Shown here in pieces: positions 27,350 through 40,144 of a stretch of 64,000 nt of DNA. Source of the DNA: Psammoneis japonica. Lineage: Eukaryota. The stretch is taken from positions 496,001 through 560,000 of the forward strand of contig QPGO01000009.1 of assembly GCA_008632985.1 (NCBI GenBank), given 5' to 3'. A program made the translations under genes and the position numbers. The notes beneath the pieces are model-generated. The model worked only from the letters and a program-made list of their open reading frames with translations. It did no database searches and was not told the DNA's origin. Position 1 is the first letter of the stretch, and each line of letters begins with the position of its first letter.

Positions 27350-29625
27350 GAAATGTTTGAAATCTACGTCTGATGTGCGTCCGCAAAGATCTGAGGACTA
27401 ACCAACGCGCGACAACACAACAACAATCAAATCAAAAAATCAAAGAACGAGAAACTTCACCATGACGCTCGCGATCGATTTGCCGCTCGTTTTTGGAAGA
27501 TTCGGCATGCCAGTACCGGTTCCGACATTTTTGAAAATATCTGATCCCACTAGAGGATAAGTTGTCGAAACCTGCCAGGCACCGAGAGCACACGAGTCGT
27601 GGAAGACGAGGACTGAGGCTCCGTGGATTTTACGTGCTTCTGGTACAAGAACAATCCGATGCAGAAATCTGTTCGCTCTTGATTTGCTCATAATTCTCAC
27701 AATCAACTCAAACAACACGGCAGTAAAATGGAGGAGTTGATTGTGTTTCTCTTTTGACCACGGCGCTCTTTGCGGTGGCCATGGGCGTTCTGCTTGCTGC
27801 CGGCTTTTGTCGTTGCAGAGTAAGGTACGTGCGTTATTGTCGTGATCGTGTATCGTGTTGTTCCTTTTTCTTTTGTATTTCATCCACTCAACTTGCTCTC
27901 GCCTTCTTGTACGTACACAGAGACAGAATTATCATTCACCGTGGTTGTGGGCAAGAAGCGGATACGTTGAGGTGCTCGTGTCTAGGTTGCGGCACGGTGG
28001 TCTGGGATCTTCAAGACGAGGCGATGTACTGATTGTGGTTTGGGATTGGATTCACCAAGAAGGACGTTTTAAAAAGTACAGCAGCAATGCGAGGCTACCC
28101 ATTAGGACTGAGCAGACGTGGCACTCAGTCTCCCAACAACGTTGGAATAAGAGACGGCCTCTTGTCAATTGCTCTACCCGAAGCAGTAGCAAAATCTCGT
28201 ACTTGACTTGTTGTGGCTTTTGCTGCCATGGGGCAGCGTGAACGTGGAAGCGGGGTTACTCATTAGGACTTGGATAGACGTGGCACTCAGTCTCGCAACC
28301 CGAGACGGCCTCTTGTCAATTATCCAGACTCGAAGCAGTAACGCGAACTCGCACACGAATTCACAGTACGGAATGTTTGATTGCGGGGCCACCTATTAGG
28401 GCATGGGTAAATGTGAAGGCTTCAGCCTCTCGTCAATTATTCATAGTCACGAAGCAGTGGCACAACAACTCGCACACATGTCCATTGGTTGGGAGAAGAA
28501 CGAATTTGCCGCAAAGGCAAGGTGGACGTTAGACGGGGCTACCTAATAGGGCATCGGCGGACCGGGCAATCAGCCTTTACCGATAGTCACGAAGCAGTAG
28601 CGCAACACTCGCCAACGTATTCACCAAGGGGGGCATTACGTCAGTCGTGGGGTTGCCTAGTAGGGCTACCTGTGTGGTAGTCTCGAAGCAGTAGCTAAAA
28701 CTCACCAGATGCCCCCACCTGTTCCACCAACAAGTCCTTCCGAAGAGGTGTTTGTTATGACACCCGGTGACCATGTCAGACCATATGAAGGCTAGTACTC
28801 GGAATGTTGATGACACAGTCGGTCCAAGAACTTTGCAATCTATCAGAGAACGCGCTTTCTCTGCGGTTTGCACCATGCGGTTCGCTTTTACGGCTCAAGA
28901 ATTCAGGCTCGCAGTACTGTAAGCCGAGGCCGTTTCGGACGTCACGTTGAAACAGAGAGGCGACATTGACGAAAGAGAATTCATTGACCACACTCTATTT
29001 CAGGCTCGCATTGCTATCATGTAAGTCGTGTCGCTTCGGAAGTCAAGCTTGTTGTTGAAACATTGACGGAAGAGAATAGAGCATTCATTGGGGGCAAGAT
29101 TTTCACAAGGCTCCCATTGAAAAAAAAAACAAAAACAAATCATACCTCTCTAGTAGAGAGACAATAAAAACACGTCTCACATAAAAGGAATAGAAAACAG
29201 AGTTCCTAAAACGTCCGCTTGCAATTCTATACAATACCTTAGTACTACTGCTAGCTCGCACATGAGCACTTCTACCGTATGAGGCGGTCGTCAGTCTTAA
29301 AGCAAGACGGGTAGCTATGTCGTAGGATATTCTGGTTGTATCCTTAACGTTGCGAAACCGAACGTGCATGGTGTGGACTAGATTTTTCTTTCAATTGTGG
29401 AGGTGGTGCGGATAGCTTATGGAAGATTTGAATCTTCTAGCGCGCGAATCATCTCCAATCCTTCCTTGCGATTGGCATACCGTACGGTTGACGATGGGCC
29501 AGAAGATGTCAAAGAACCGCATATCTACTGTATCCATTGACCTTATAGTATAATATTCAATATAGAGTTTGCCACCTGCCGCTGCTGTAATTGCAATCTC
29601 GCAAAGATCTCTTCGGGTGTCACAT
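27350..29625. repeat. Copy 2 of ~2.2 kb direct segmental duplication
   Basis: See copy 1. Paired ORFs in the track (e.g. 24264-24650 vs 27855-28241) are nearly identical. Confidence 0.95.
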
Positions 29626-30869
29626 TTTTGATCAACAGTAAAACTAAAGGTATAAATGCCCATTGACTTTTTTCCACGCCAAGAGTCTGTACTTTCTCTA
29701 TTGTCAGAGCCCATCCTGAGCACTGACATTCGTAGAGGCTTCGCTTCGAGACTTGCTACTCTTTTCACATCTTGCAACTGGTCAGTGTTGGCACTCGTCA
29801 ACACTCTATCCAAATAGGCACCTCTTGCAACTTCTTTTCTGTCTATTTCCGGTACCCATTGGACTATCTCGATTTCGAGAGTGTTTGCTTCAAGGGCTTA
29901 TGGTTGGGCAAGAGTTTGTAAGCGCTCTAAGATTGAAGAAAGATGCGCTGACGCGTAGAATGTCAGCAGCCGGTAAAATGCGTCCGTTGCCTCCGACAAA
30001 GTCCTATGCATAGTCATGGTCCCCTAGCTCGTCCCTGAAGACTTCCAGGTATTCTTCTCCGGATACGGTACTCCTTCTTGACTCCAACAGACTGGCGGAG
30101 TCTTCGTCGCCTAGAACCGCTGTCGTTCATGGGAGTCTCTGTTTTGTTGTGAATGCACATGCTTCTCGCTGAAAGTTGTTGTTTTTCCAGACCATTCCAG
30201 GCCACCCTTGAGAATCGCTTTTTTCTCCTGCAAGTCACACGAGAGTCAGAAGTAGTAGGGGGCTACTGGGGTCATTGTGTCGTCGAGTGTCAAACGGCTT
30301 GGCAGAATTATCCATCCTCCGGATAGTATGAGTTCACCCATCCAGTATATTCTTGGACGACCTGTGTAGTTTGATGGAGACCTTATTACATCCAAGTGTT
30401 CAGAGTGACGTGTGAGTAACAGCGTTTACGTTTTTGATGTTTCGAAAGACAGAGCGAGGTGAAAGGTGATTCTTCATCATGGCATCCAGCATCCAGCACG
30501 GCATCAGCGATTTCGATTTCCCACCTGCTGCCAATGTACGTAGAAGCCGTACGAGCCCTACGTGGTTTTGATTTTTCGAAACGGACAGACGGTGGTTCCC
30601 GCATGCGCACGAGGCACGCACGCATCAAGAAGTTTCGTGAGTGCTGATGGCGGTGATGGGAGGTCTGCAACACCAAACACGTCTTGAACAACGCCACAGC
30701 TGCCTTCGTGTCAGAGAAAATATTGCGGTATACCATAATAAGCTCCGTGATTCTGTCGTTCCTTCAGCTTTTGGAGGTTTCTAATCACTGTTCTTAGTGC
30801 ATATTTTCCCGCGAAGAAAGAACATGTCGCACGCGAGACCCAACAGTGATAGACGTTCTCCATCGCATC

Positions 30870-32379
30870 ATGGATTCCAGTAGTATAAACGAGACCTTCC
30901 AGAGCAATAACCAAGAAGAGCGAAATCGTCAGATCAGAAAATGGCTTTTGATCGTCACTGCCATTTACGTTCCAGTCTATGGTGGCGCACTGTTTGGGTG
31001 GGGCCCGATGCAGCTTATGCTGGAGGAAAACGGAGCGTTCGAAGGCAGATGCAGCGAGGACGAAAAACTACCGTGCGCTTCACAAACATCGAGGCTCCTT
31101 AACGTCCAGTTCATAGCTCTGCTTACAATGATGTTTGCGCCCCTCTTTGGTATTCTTTCCGACAAGCACGGCCCCTTGGCTCTCATGTGGTTTGTTGCGC
31201 TTTGTGGATGCATCGGACTGGCTCTCTTGACGATTGCTACCGGGTTGTTTGTCGATGATTTGCTCTTTGTGGCTTTTATTATTTTGGGATGCATGGCTGT
31301 GAGCACTAGCATTATGATTGTCGAAACTGGACTGGTATTTGAAGGCAAAACACGCCAACGAATCATATCTGTGCTCAATACACTGTATGACTCAGGTGCC
31401 TTGGTGTATCTCGGTTTGTGGGGGATAAAGCAAGCCACTGGAGCGACCCTCGCGCTGATCTCCGGAATTTATCTTGGTACAGCGATGCTCTGTTATTCTC
31501 AGCTCTCTACCTCTGGAGCAAGGTCGTCCCCCTGTCGTGTGTTGATGACGACGACAGCGCCGATGAAGCGACCGATATTGACGATGCTATTGATACTTCA
31601 AGAATTACATCATTCATTGAGTCTCACTCTTCCACAGCGACAAACGTAGCTCAGGTGGCCGGTGAAGAAGACGAGGAAGAAAAAGATCCACCAGAAAGCG
31701 CAATTGAGTCCACCACCGAAGAGGATCAGACGAGTGCTGAAACCGTCTCTGACTATGTCCTTATTGCGAGCGCACGCACCTACAGCAACTCAGATCATCA
31801 CAATACATTCTCCTTGTAATCTTCTTCGCCTTTTATGGAGCACGAAACGTTTTCACTCTAACGACGGCACGTGACTTTCTCGCATATTTGGGCGACGATG
31901 AAACAGGCAACAAGTATCTCACTATATTCACGCTGCTTACACCTGCATCTATTTTGGGACTCCCATTTATGGATTGGATAGTCAATCACCGTGGATACCA
32001 TGCGGCTTTGCAGTCCATCAACATTCTTGCCTTTGCTCACGGAGTCATTCAAATATCGAGCGAAAACCTCAATGTCCAAGTTCTTGGCTTCATTGTGTTT
32101 TCCTTCTTTCGGTGCTTCTTGTTCACGATTGTCTTTAGCTTTCTACCAACATTTATGGGCTTGCCAGTGGTTGGGAGAGCCGCTGGCATTATGACTTGTG
32201 CTTTTGGCGCCTTGAGCTTTATCAACATTCCGTTGGCAAATCTCGCGGTGAACCAGTTTGACGGGAACTTCTTTTGGCCTAACCTATTCTATACGATTGC
32301 TGTGATCCCTTTTGTCTTTGTGGCTTGGTGTTTGGGATGTGGAATTAACAAGGAGGAAGCTGCGAGAAATAAGCGGTAG
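30870..32379 (+). CDS. MFS-type transporter (LAT3/LAT4, SLC43-like) with two apparent frameshifts
   Basis: YGGALFGWGPMQLMLEENGAF, FGILSDKHGP, multiple hydrophobic helices, an acidic central loop, and TTARDFLAYLGDDE. Frame changes near 31490 and 31768. Confidence 0.8.
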
Positions 32380-33173
32380 CGCTTGGCGACGATATTGTGG
32401 TGGATGCAGTCCTCCCCACGTGACAGTTCACAAGCTCTATGTTTATCTTTAGCTTATCATTGAGACTCACTCGAGCTCAGATATCACATCATAACGATCG
32501 TGAGAGAACCAGAAACACTTTGTGCGAGTGGCATCGCATAGCGAAAAATCCAAAGCGAGTGGCATATTATTCATGACACAGGCGCGCTCTTGGGAATCTT
32601 GGTCGAGTGCTTGTATTCGCAACCCTGACAGAATTAACCGTAGATGATAATACTTCCCGCGACTGTACTTTGAAGCCAAGTCATCGGTGTTGGCCCATAA
32701 CACCTACCTACCGCCTGATTCTTCTGTTTCTGCTTCATACGATCACTGTGGCATTTCCCTTTTTTCCGCCACCAAGGTCGCACTTTAGACGGGTTTGTCT
32801 GTCTGCATAATCTTTCCTGCATGTCGGTAGATCCTGAGTCGCGGTCTTCGTGGGGTCGTCCCCTGGTAGGGCCTCTCTAGAGAGTAGAGAAGGTAGAGTT
32901 TGCGGTTATCAGACTTTAGTGGTGCTTGTAGGGATTAATATTGTCATGCGTGTCTCTCTGATACGATGTATTTTCTCGCAATACTAGACTCACACGGTAG
33001 ACTTACTACCTTATCATCAAGCTTTTTCAACAATATTGAACTATATTTTATGTCTTTCGTTGCATTATCAGCGACCTCATCAGTCAATGATCGCTAAACA
33101 GCAGTGAAACCCTCAGCCGGTATCTTCTCCATAGTAAGTTGAAATGTAACACTCTTGTCGGCGTTCTCACTTA

Positions 33174-33653
33174 CTAAAGGTGCCACACCACACCGGTGAT
33201 GCCTCCGCAAACGGCACTCTGTGCAAGGTAGCCACACCGAGAGTTCTTGTCGTGATCGACGTGACTGAATCGGATGTGCGAATTCGAAAGCTCCGCCAAA
33301 AGCTTCTTGACAGTGTCGTAAAGCGGTGCAATGTTGGCACTCTTGACTTTTCGCTTGTCTTGTATCTGTTCAATAGTCATGACGGAATCACTTCGGATGT
33401 AGAGCTTCTTCACAACGAATTTGTCTCGCACACATTGCAACCCGTTAATCAAGCCCTCGTATTCAGCCTGAGAATTGGAGCATTCCATACCAAGAAGCCG
33501 AGAGAAATCCACGACGAAACTGCCATCAGCGCCGTGCTCGTCCATCTCGACAATATGGAACGCACAACCGGCGGGTCCGCGAGGATTGTATAGCGAAGTG
33601 CCGTCAAAGTAAAGGATGGCGCGGTCCAAATGAAGCATGGCGTAATGAAACAA
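33174..33653 (-). CDS. RNase HI-like protein (bacterial/archaeal-type RNase H fold)
   Basis: LYFDGTSLYNPRGPAG, NSQAEYEGLINGL, LYIRSDS, FSHVDHDKNSRCGYLA. The last catalytic Asp position reads Gly. The N-terminus is uncertain. Confidence 0.8.
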   Translation of the reverse strand: MFHYAMLHLDRAILYFDGTSLYNPRGPAGCAFHIVEMDEHGADGSFVVDFSRLLGMECSNSQAEYEGLINGLQCVRDKFVVKKLYIRSDSVMTIEQIQDKRKVKSANIAPLYDTVKKLLAELSNSHIRFSHVDHDKNSRCGYLAQSAVCGGITGVVWHL

Positions 33654-33889
33654 AAGCCGTCGAAAACTGTTAGTGCTTCAATGAGCAATGATGGCGGGTG
33701 AGAAAAAATTGGCGCGTTGGGCCCGCGGTGTGCATTTTTTGCGTGTGCACGCATAGCCGCGCCTTTTCAGCGGATGACCCAAACGACTGCCGGTGACACT
33801 GGTCTTGGGGGGGAATGGGTTGGGATTCGATTTGTGCAGGTTCTCTACCATTTTTTGTTCAGTAGAAGCGTGCGACTTGGCCAACACTG

Positions 33890-35400
33890 ATGAACAATGA
33901 CAATGCGCGCTCTATTCTACACTGCGCCATTCTACGCCACACTGCAACACGACAACCCAAATCTGCAGAGAGCCAACGCAAGTTCTGCCAGTTGCAATCT
34001 AGACTTGGCAGCTGCAGTGGCGGTGCGCGGACTCCACATCCGTGTGGGTGAATGCCCACATGATGGCTGCAGCATGGCAGGCCACCTGGTCCTCACCCCA
34101 GAAAAGGCGTCCAAGCCAGCAGACAAAAGGTGTTGCACAAGATGGCTCTGCAGCAGCTCAGTTTGGTTCATCTCAGGGGCTCGGGGTGGGAGGAGCACCA
34201 GACCAACTTGAAAGTTGTCCCACAACCACTCATCCAAAATGTCGTTGTCACCAGCAACATGGATCTGTGCATTGTCACAAACAAGCACATCACAAGGCTT
34301 CAAAAAGCCCGGCACAATGGCCTTTTCAACTGCAATGGAAAAGTCCACAGAATCATTGGCATCTTGATTTAGACAGAAAAAGAACAGGTCGGCAGACTGG
34401 TCGACACCGCAGAAGCCAACAACATTGCAAACATTGCGAAAGTCAGAGTCCGTCGCAATGGATGGCATTTCTCCAGGGAGTGGATTGCGCCGGACTTTTT
34501 GGTTGAAAAGCTCTGTTCCTTTGAGAGATTTTTCATCAGTGAACTTGACATGCCTGTGGTCAAGTTGCACGATCAATCGAAGACATTCGGTGGCTCTTTC
34601 AACATTGTCGGGTCTGAGTTTGTCAACTGGGACCAAGTTTGGTTTCCTCAAAGCAGCAGAATGTGGAGAGCCACAAAGCAACGTGCGAGATGTTGCACTT
34701 TGTGATGCAAGTGTTCCAGCACAATGAAAGAGTTCCGTCTGGTGGCTTCTTGGCATTCAGGAAGGGTTCTCGTGATGAAGTGCGATCAAGCAAACAGCGT
34801 CGTCCGTGTCGAGCATCAGCGCTCCTGCCCCCCTGTGTCTCAAAGGCTTTTGATGGCAAGGATCAACGAGCCCCTCTTCACTCTGAAGCTCCACAATGAC
34901 CTTCTTGGCCCACTTGTCACTGACTTTCGCCACTCGTCCAAGCTCCACCCACGACGGCTCCCGATCCGCCCTCGTTGCGGTCACACAGCTCCTCGCACTT
35001 CTCCGCCAATTCTGTCTTCTTTGGGACATCGTAGGGAACACCATTTCGACATGCACCACCGTTTACATTGTGGGACAGTCCCAAGGCGGCGACGGCATGC
35101 GAAGAAATGCCGGCCACAGTGTCGTCCCCTTCAAAACAACACGAAAAAGAGCGCTTTGTGCAGACAATGCAAGAGTCTCGCTGACGAATTTGAAAGTTTT
35201 GAAGTGACAACATTGACGTTGACATAAAGCGACAAACGATGAAAGCCTTTGATGGAGCAAAAAGAAGGCCGCATTATGACAAAAGACGGCAAATGACCGC
35301 CATGGAGGCAGAATTCGCCCATTTTGCAACCAACCTCGAAGAAAAAATGTCGGAGCGTGACGCGGGAGCGGCGCGAAAAAAGTCGCTCGAACGGTTGCTA
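33890..35400 (-). mobile_element. IS630/Tc1-mariner superfamily DNA transposon remnant (DD38E transposase pseudogene, ~35225-33932)
   Basis: KFTDEK, VLVCDNAQIH and LPPRAPEMNQTE motifs with 38 residues between D2 and E. In-frame TGA at 34757-34759 and a frameshift near 34970. No Tyr in the 274-aa ORF. TIRs not identified. Confidence 0.85.
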
Positions 35401-35648
35401 TGCGCGCGATAGATAACAATTGACTTCATTTACATAAGGACCGTATTCCTCAACTTGAACATTCAAATATATTATATCTACAGATACAGTTACTCTTTAC
35501 CAAGAAAGCCCGCAGGCAAACGAGATGCTCACATTTTGATGCACAGGGCCCGTCGATCATCGATTCTTCTTTTTCTTTTCCATTTATGTGAGCCTGCGTT
35601 GAACGAACAAACCGCTCATGCGTCGTTGATTATCGAGTCAAAGAGAGC

Positions 35649-37073
35649 ATGGCATTCTGTCGGCGCTACATATTGATTGCGGCTATTGTATTTGCTGTCC
35701 TACCCCAACCCGGTAAGGGTAGTCAAAACAATGTCCCAGATATTCAAGCAGACAAGGATTATCAGCCAAAGGTAACGATTATTGAGCCGCTGACACGCGT
35801 GTTTGGACCTACAATGATAATGCCAGAAGGATCGCCATGGTGTAATAATTCTAGAACGTATTGGTGGGTGGGTCATCAGAGACCAGAGATGCCCTATTGT
35901 GAGACAAGCGAAGGTGCATGGGAAGAAAGCAAGGTTGCTAGACTTGCGGATAAAGACGAAGTTGGCGGTAAAAAAGGTATTGATCGACACGGTTGTGGAG
36001 CCATGGATGTCAACAACGATGGGTTTCAGGATTTAATATGCACCATCGGAGCATCAAAGGGGAAGGGGGAGGGGCACAATGAAGTGTACATTACACAACC
36101 AGATGGATCACTTGAAAAGGTACTCAACCATGGTTTGTACGACGTGCCTTCCATGCGATCTCGGGATGCAATTCCTCTGAGAGGTGCAGACGGCTCAAAA
36201 CTTTTGCTAATTACAACCAACGGCCAATCACGATCGGATGGTCTTCCAAATTGGCACAGGGTATACAAAGTCATACCCAAAAAGAAGAATGGGCGGCTTT
36301 TCATGGAAGTTAGAAACAAGCATATCAACAAGGAAGTGGCGCTTTCGCGAGTGCTTGTGGCAGATTTCAACAATGACGGTGCTGATGATTTACTTTTCTG
36401 TCCTAGTAGAACCAATAATGGTTTATCAACCGTTCTCATACAGAGAAAGAACAAAAGGTTTGCTCCGTTTAAACTGCCTCGCTCCAGGAGGATGCGAAAC
36501 GCCCGTTTTGAAGACATGACAGGTGACGGTGTGCCGGATCTATTGGCTATTACTGAAGTGTCTCGCAAACCAACATTAAAGATATTCCAGGGATTGCGAC
36601 AGAAGCCGTATTTTGACATGCGTCGGCCTTTCTATGAGATATCGTTGCCGCATGCTGCTCCGGATTTGGAGGTTCTGGACGTGAATGGCGACGGAGTCAT
36701 GGACATTTATGTCATTCAAAGCAATGAGAAAGGCGCCTTTGAGGAGAATTACTGTGCTGGAAGGTTTGATTCAAGTCTGTACGTGAGATCCGAAGTACAA
36801 GTTGAAGGGTGGCTTCCACCAGTTGATCCAATGCCTGACCTTTTATTCATTGGGACGGAAACAAACCAAACGGGTTGGAATTCGTTCATAGTACACGCAA
36901 TGAATCATTCAGAAAGAGGATGTGGGACATTTTTGCACAAGCTCAGTCCATCTGAACTGGCATTGGCTCAGGGTACGCCATCTCGGCCGGGATCAAATCT
37001 TTTGTTGCGGTGGCCTGGTGAACCGAGCGGCGACGGTAGCAGCACCACAATGGTACACGACGGAGAGGAGTAA
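35649..37073 (+). CDS. Secreted FG-GAP/VCBS-repeat (beta-propeller) protein
   Basis: Hydrophobic N-terminal signal and four DxNxDG-type motifs (DVNNDGFQDL, DFNNDGADDLL, DMTGDGVPDLL, DVNGDGVMDIY). Intronless 474-aa ORF. Confidence 0.85.
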   Translation: MAFCRRYILIAAIVFAVLPQPGKGSQNNVPDIQADKDYQPKVTIIEPLTRVFGPTMIMPEGSPWCNNSRTYWWVGHQRPEMPYCETSEGAWEESKVARLADKDEVGGKKGIDRHGCGAMDVNNDGFQDLICTIGASKGKGEGHNEVYITQPDGSLEKVLNHGLYDVPSMRSRDAIPLRGADGSKLLLITTNGQSRSDGLPNWHRVYKVIPKKKNGRLFMEVRNKHINKEVALSRVLVADFNNDGADDLLFCPSRTNNGLSTVLIQRKNKRFAPFKLPRSRRMRNARFEDMTGDGVPDLLAITEVSRKPTLKIFQGLRQKPYFDMRRPFYEISLPHAAPDLEVLDVNGDGVMDIYVIQSNEKGAFEENYCAGRFDSSLYVRSEVQVEGWLPPVDPMPDLLFIGTETNQTGWNSFIVHAMNHSERGCGTFLHKLSPSELALAQGTPSRPGSNLLLRWPGEPSGDGSSTTMVHDGEE

Positions 37074-37458
37074 CAATGGACCAGTTACAGCCAACTCCCT
37101 GTGTTCAATGTATTTTATTACTGTAAAATTTTTTTATTCTCCTCGCTGTGGCTTCGCCGAGGTTCAAGCTCTCTATGAATATTCTTCAACCATGGAGGAG
37201 ATACGGCTTTTCCTTTTTTCTGTTACTGCTATCAAGACAAAGTCTATGGAGACTGGATGGTTTATCCGACTCCAGCATAATCGACATCATGTAGACTAGG
37301 GTATTGTTTATTTGTTTTGCCATTTGAACTTGCTACTATTCCTATATTTTCAATCTACTGTCTACCTACCGGTACTATGTGCCCCATCACAAGCACAGGT
37401 AGCACGTCGCACAATTGCGGCACGATGCTGGTCCCATCCCAATACGATGCCTTACGCT

Positions 37459-39766
37459 TTACGAATGAACTTGGAGGTATTTGGGGAATTTCGTTTTGAG
37501 CTTGGATTCAGCAAACACGCACCGGCCATTGTTTGTGTAGCCTACCACCTCCGAGTAGACCCACTTATCGCCATCTTGGAAGCGGACAGCAACTGGCTTA
37601 TGCTCCGACGCAATATCCTTGAAGTCCTCTTTCTTGGCCTGACGCCATTCAATATTTTCAGGCACTGCGCCTTGAGGCGGAGCTGTGGACTGGTCAGCAA
37701 TCAAGCTGTCCAATTCATCTGTCAACAGAAACAAGGAAAGAACGAAGGAAGCATCAGACGAAATGCACACGACGCACAATACATACGATGCAGCGGTGAA
37801 TACTTACCATCATGAACTAGCTGCAAACCACTGCGGTTGAGATATGCATTCATGGTTGATGCATGATTCTCATTTGATGCTCTCATTTTGGCAACATGAC
37901 TCTCATTTGATGCTCTCATTCTAGCTACATGATTCTCACTTTTTGCTCTCATTTTAGCAGCATGGATCTCATTTGAAATTCTCATTTCGTCGAGAGACTT
38001 TTCCATTTTCGCTTGAGTACTGATCTCTGCTTTTTTCTTCATAACCTTCTCGGTATCAGATGCAAGATTGGAATTCGACGTATTAACCAACGACTCGAGC
38101 TCGGAAGGTTGCTGCATCGACTCGCCGAGTTTATGTTGTAGTTCATCAATCGTTTGATTTTTGGACCCGACAGCAGATTCAAGAACCGCAACCTCGTCTT
38201 AGATTCTTCCAAATCACAAGCAATGTTTTTGGCAGCAATCTGTTGCGATGTAAGCTCGAGTTGACTCCTCTTCAAAGATTCTCTTAGTTCCGCAATCTCG
38301 CGATTCGCGGAAGACTTCTCCTCCTCCAGTGCAGCCATCTTTGCTTCCAATGAATTCACGGTCCCAAGGGCCTCATCTTTTTCAGCTATCGCTTCTTGTA
38401 AGCCTGCAGTCAAAAGTTGCACGCGCCCTTTGTCCTCGTTGCGTTCCTTGATGTATTGTCGCTCCATTCCTTCTTCACCACTTTCCGCACCGATCCAATG
38501 AGCATGCGAGCATTGGGAGACAGATTCATGAAGCTGTCTGCGGTGGAAGAACTGGCCGCAGATGCTGGAGACACGGGTTTCGTCTCGACTTTATCGAGCT
38601 CGTCCCACGCCTTGTTCACATTCGCCGCGACGACCTTAGGATCAACATTGAGCTCACCCCATTGACCCATTTCCTCCAGCTTTTGGAGGAACTCTGCATA
38701 GACGGGAGTGAAGCATCTGGAGTTTTTGTTTACGCAAAGGTCGGCGATGAGGGTTCCACACCCACGAAGGTAGAAAGAAGAGTTTAGAACTGCCACCAGA
38801 TTTCGATGATATTTGGAGTGCGAGTGACCCAAGCGAAGTTTTCCTTTCATGTGAGCAAACGCAAGCACAGACGCAATGTGAAGTAAGCCCACTTTGTCGT
38901 TCGTTGCGACAGCTGGGCGGTGGCCATCAGCTGACGACAGGCCGTAGGGAGCGGCTTCATCGAGTTGGACGATCCACTCGGACTTCGTGGAATCCCATGC
39001 AGAAACTTTCTTTGGTTCCTCATTCTCGTACTTCACGGATTTTTGACCTCTGTTTCCCTTTTCGCAGAGGAGCTGGAGCTTTTCAATTTTCTCAACACCA
39101 AAGTGCTCGCTTGCTGGCGTGGACTCGCCTTCACGGAGCAACATCTCGGTGAAGCCCATCAGCACGGCATATAAGCCAGGACAAGGCTCATCCTGCAGGA
39201 GCTCCGGATGGTTGAGCTCTTCTAGCACCACGGAGCAGTCAACTTCGACAGAAGTAGGCTTTGTGGCATTGTCGTTTGACGATTCGTTGGTGGAATGCGT
39301 CTGGCTCATGATTGCAGATTCTGTGGCGAACGCGGATGCAGGGGACAAACAAAAAGGTCAGCATGCAAGCACCACCAAAGAAATATAGTGTCGTACAGTG
39401 AGATGCGTCAAACAAAACATGCCGTTTGCATTCCGAAAAAACGCCACCGTCACCACTTTGTTTCACACACACGTACCTACGATTCTTTCTCCTTCACCAC
39501 CCTGCTCAACTGCTGCATCTGCTGCCGGTAATGCCGGAGCTCTCTTGGGAGAATGAGCCATTTTGATAGTTCTTGGCAGCCGTGACCGACTCGGTGTGGT
39601 TGCTGGTTCTCGTAGGGTACTTCTGGCTGTTGCTTTTCTTCGTTGTGCCGCCGGTGACGGAGACTTGAAATTCGATGGCATGGGAATCACACTTGTCGTC
39701 TTGGTGGCGGAACATGCGTTTAGGAGTACCAGCCGCTGCTGCCGCCTTGCGTGGCGGCGTTCTCAT
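37459..39766 (-). CDS. Hypothetical coiled-coil protein, fragmented across frames (introns and/or indels)
   Basis: Consecutive overlapping minus-strand ORFs 39348-38410, 38467-38039, 38117-37722 and 37779-37459, with E/K/L-rich heptads. Confidence 0.55.
37862..37986 (-). repeat. 33-bp coding tandem repeat (about 4 units, MR.SNE.H.AK)
   Basis: The unit catg..tctca.tt....tctcatt recurs at 33-bp spacing. Confidence 0.8.
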
Positions 39767-39795
39767 GGTCACTCTCGTCGTGATGCTGAGAAAAT

Positions 39796-40144
39796 CGTTC
39801 TTTTTCTGTTGATTTCTTTGTGACGTTTCAAACGCTGTCACCTTGAGATTTTGAATTTATACGAAACGTAGGAATCAGGACTGGTTCTATTAGAATAGAA
39901 GTAGCGCCGTCGTTGATGGTCCAGTCGGAGACAATACTGAGGTCGATATACAATCACCAGTCCTCTCGAAGCCGTTCTTTTTCTGTTGATTTCTTTGTGA
40001 CTTTTCAAACGCTGTCACCTTGAGATTTTGATTAAACGTAACGTAGGAATCAGGACTGGTTCTACTAGAACAGAAGTCAAACCGTCGTTGATGGTCCAGT
40101 CGAGAGACAATACTGAGGTCGATATACAATCAGTAGTCCTCTCG
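39796..40144. repeat. Two-copy ~177-bp tandem direct repeat
   Basis: cgttctttttctgttgatttctttgtgac...gatatacaatca..agtcctctcg at 39796 and 39973. Confidence 0.9.

Noticed and set aside
29391..30914. Minus-strand gene from several short ORFs
   Set aside because: The fragments could be a pseudogene, but I could not support any product or a consistent structure.
33665..35420. Terminal inverted repeats of the Tc1/IS630 element
   Set aside because: Only a weak tgtta/taaca similarity; I could not support TIRs or a TA TSD.
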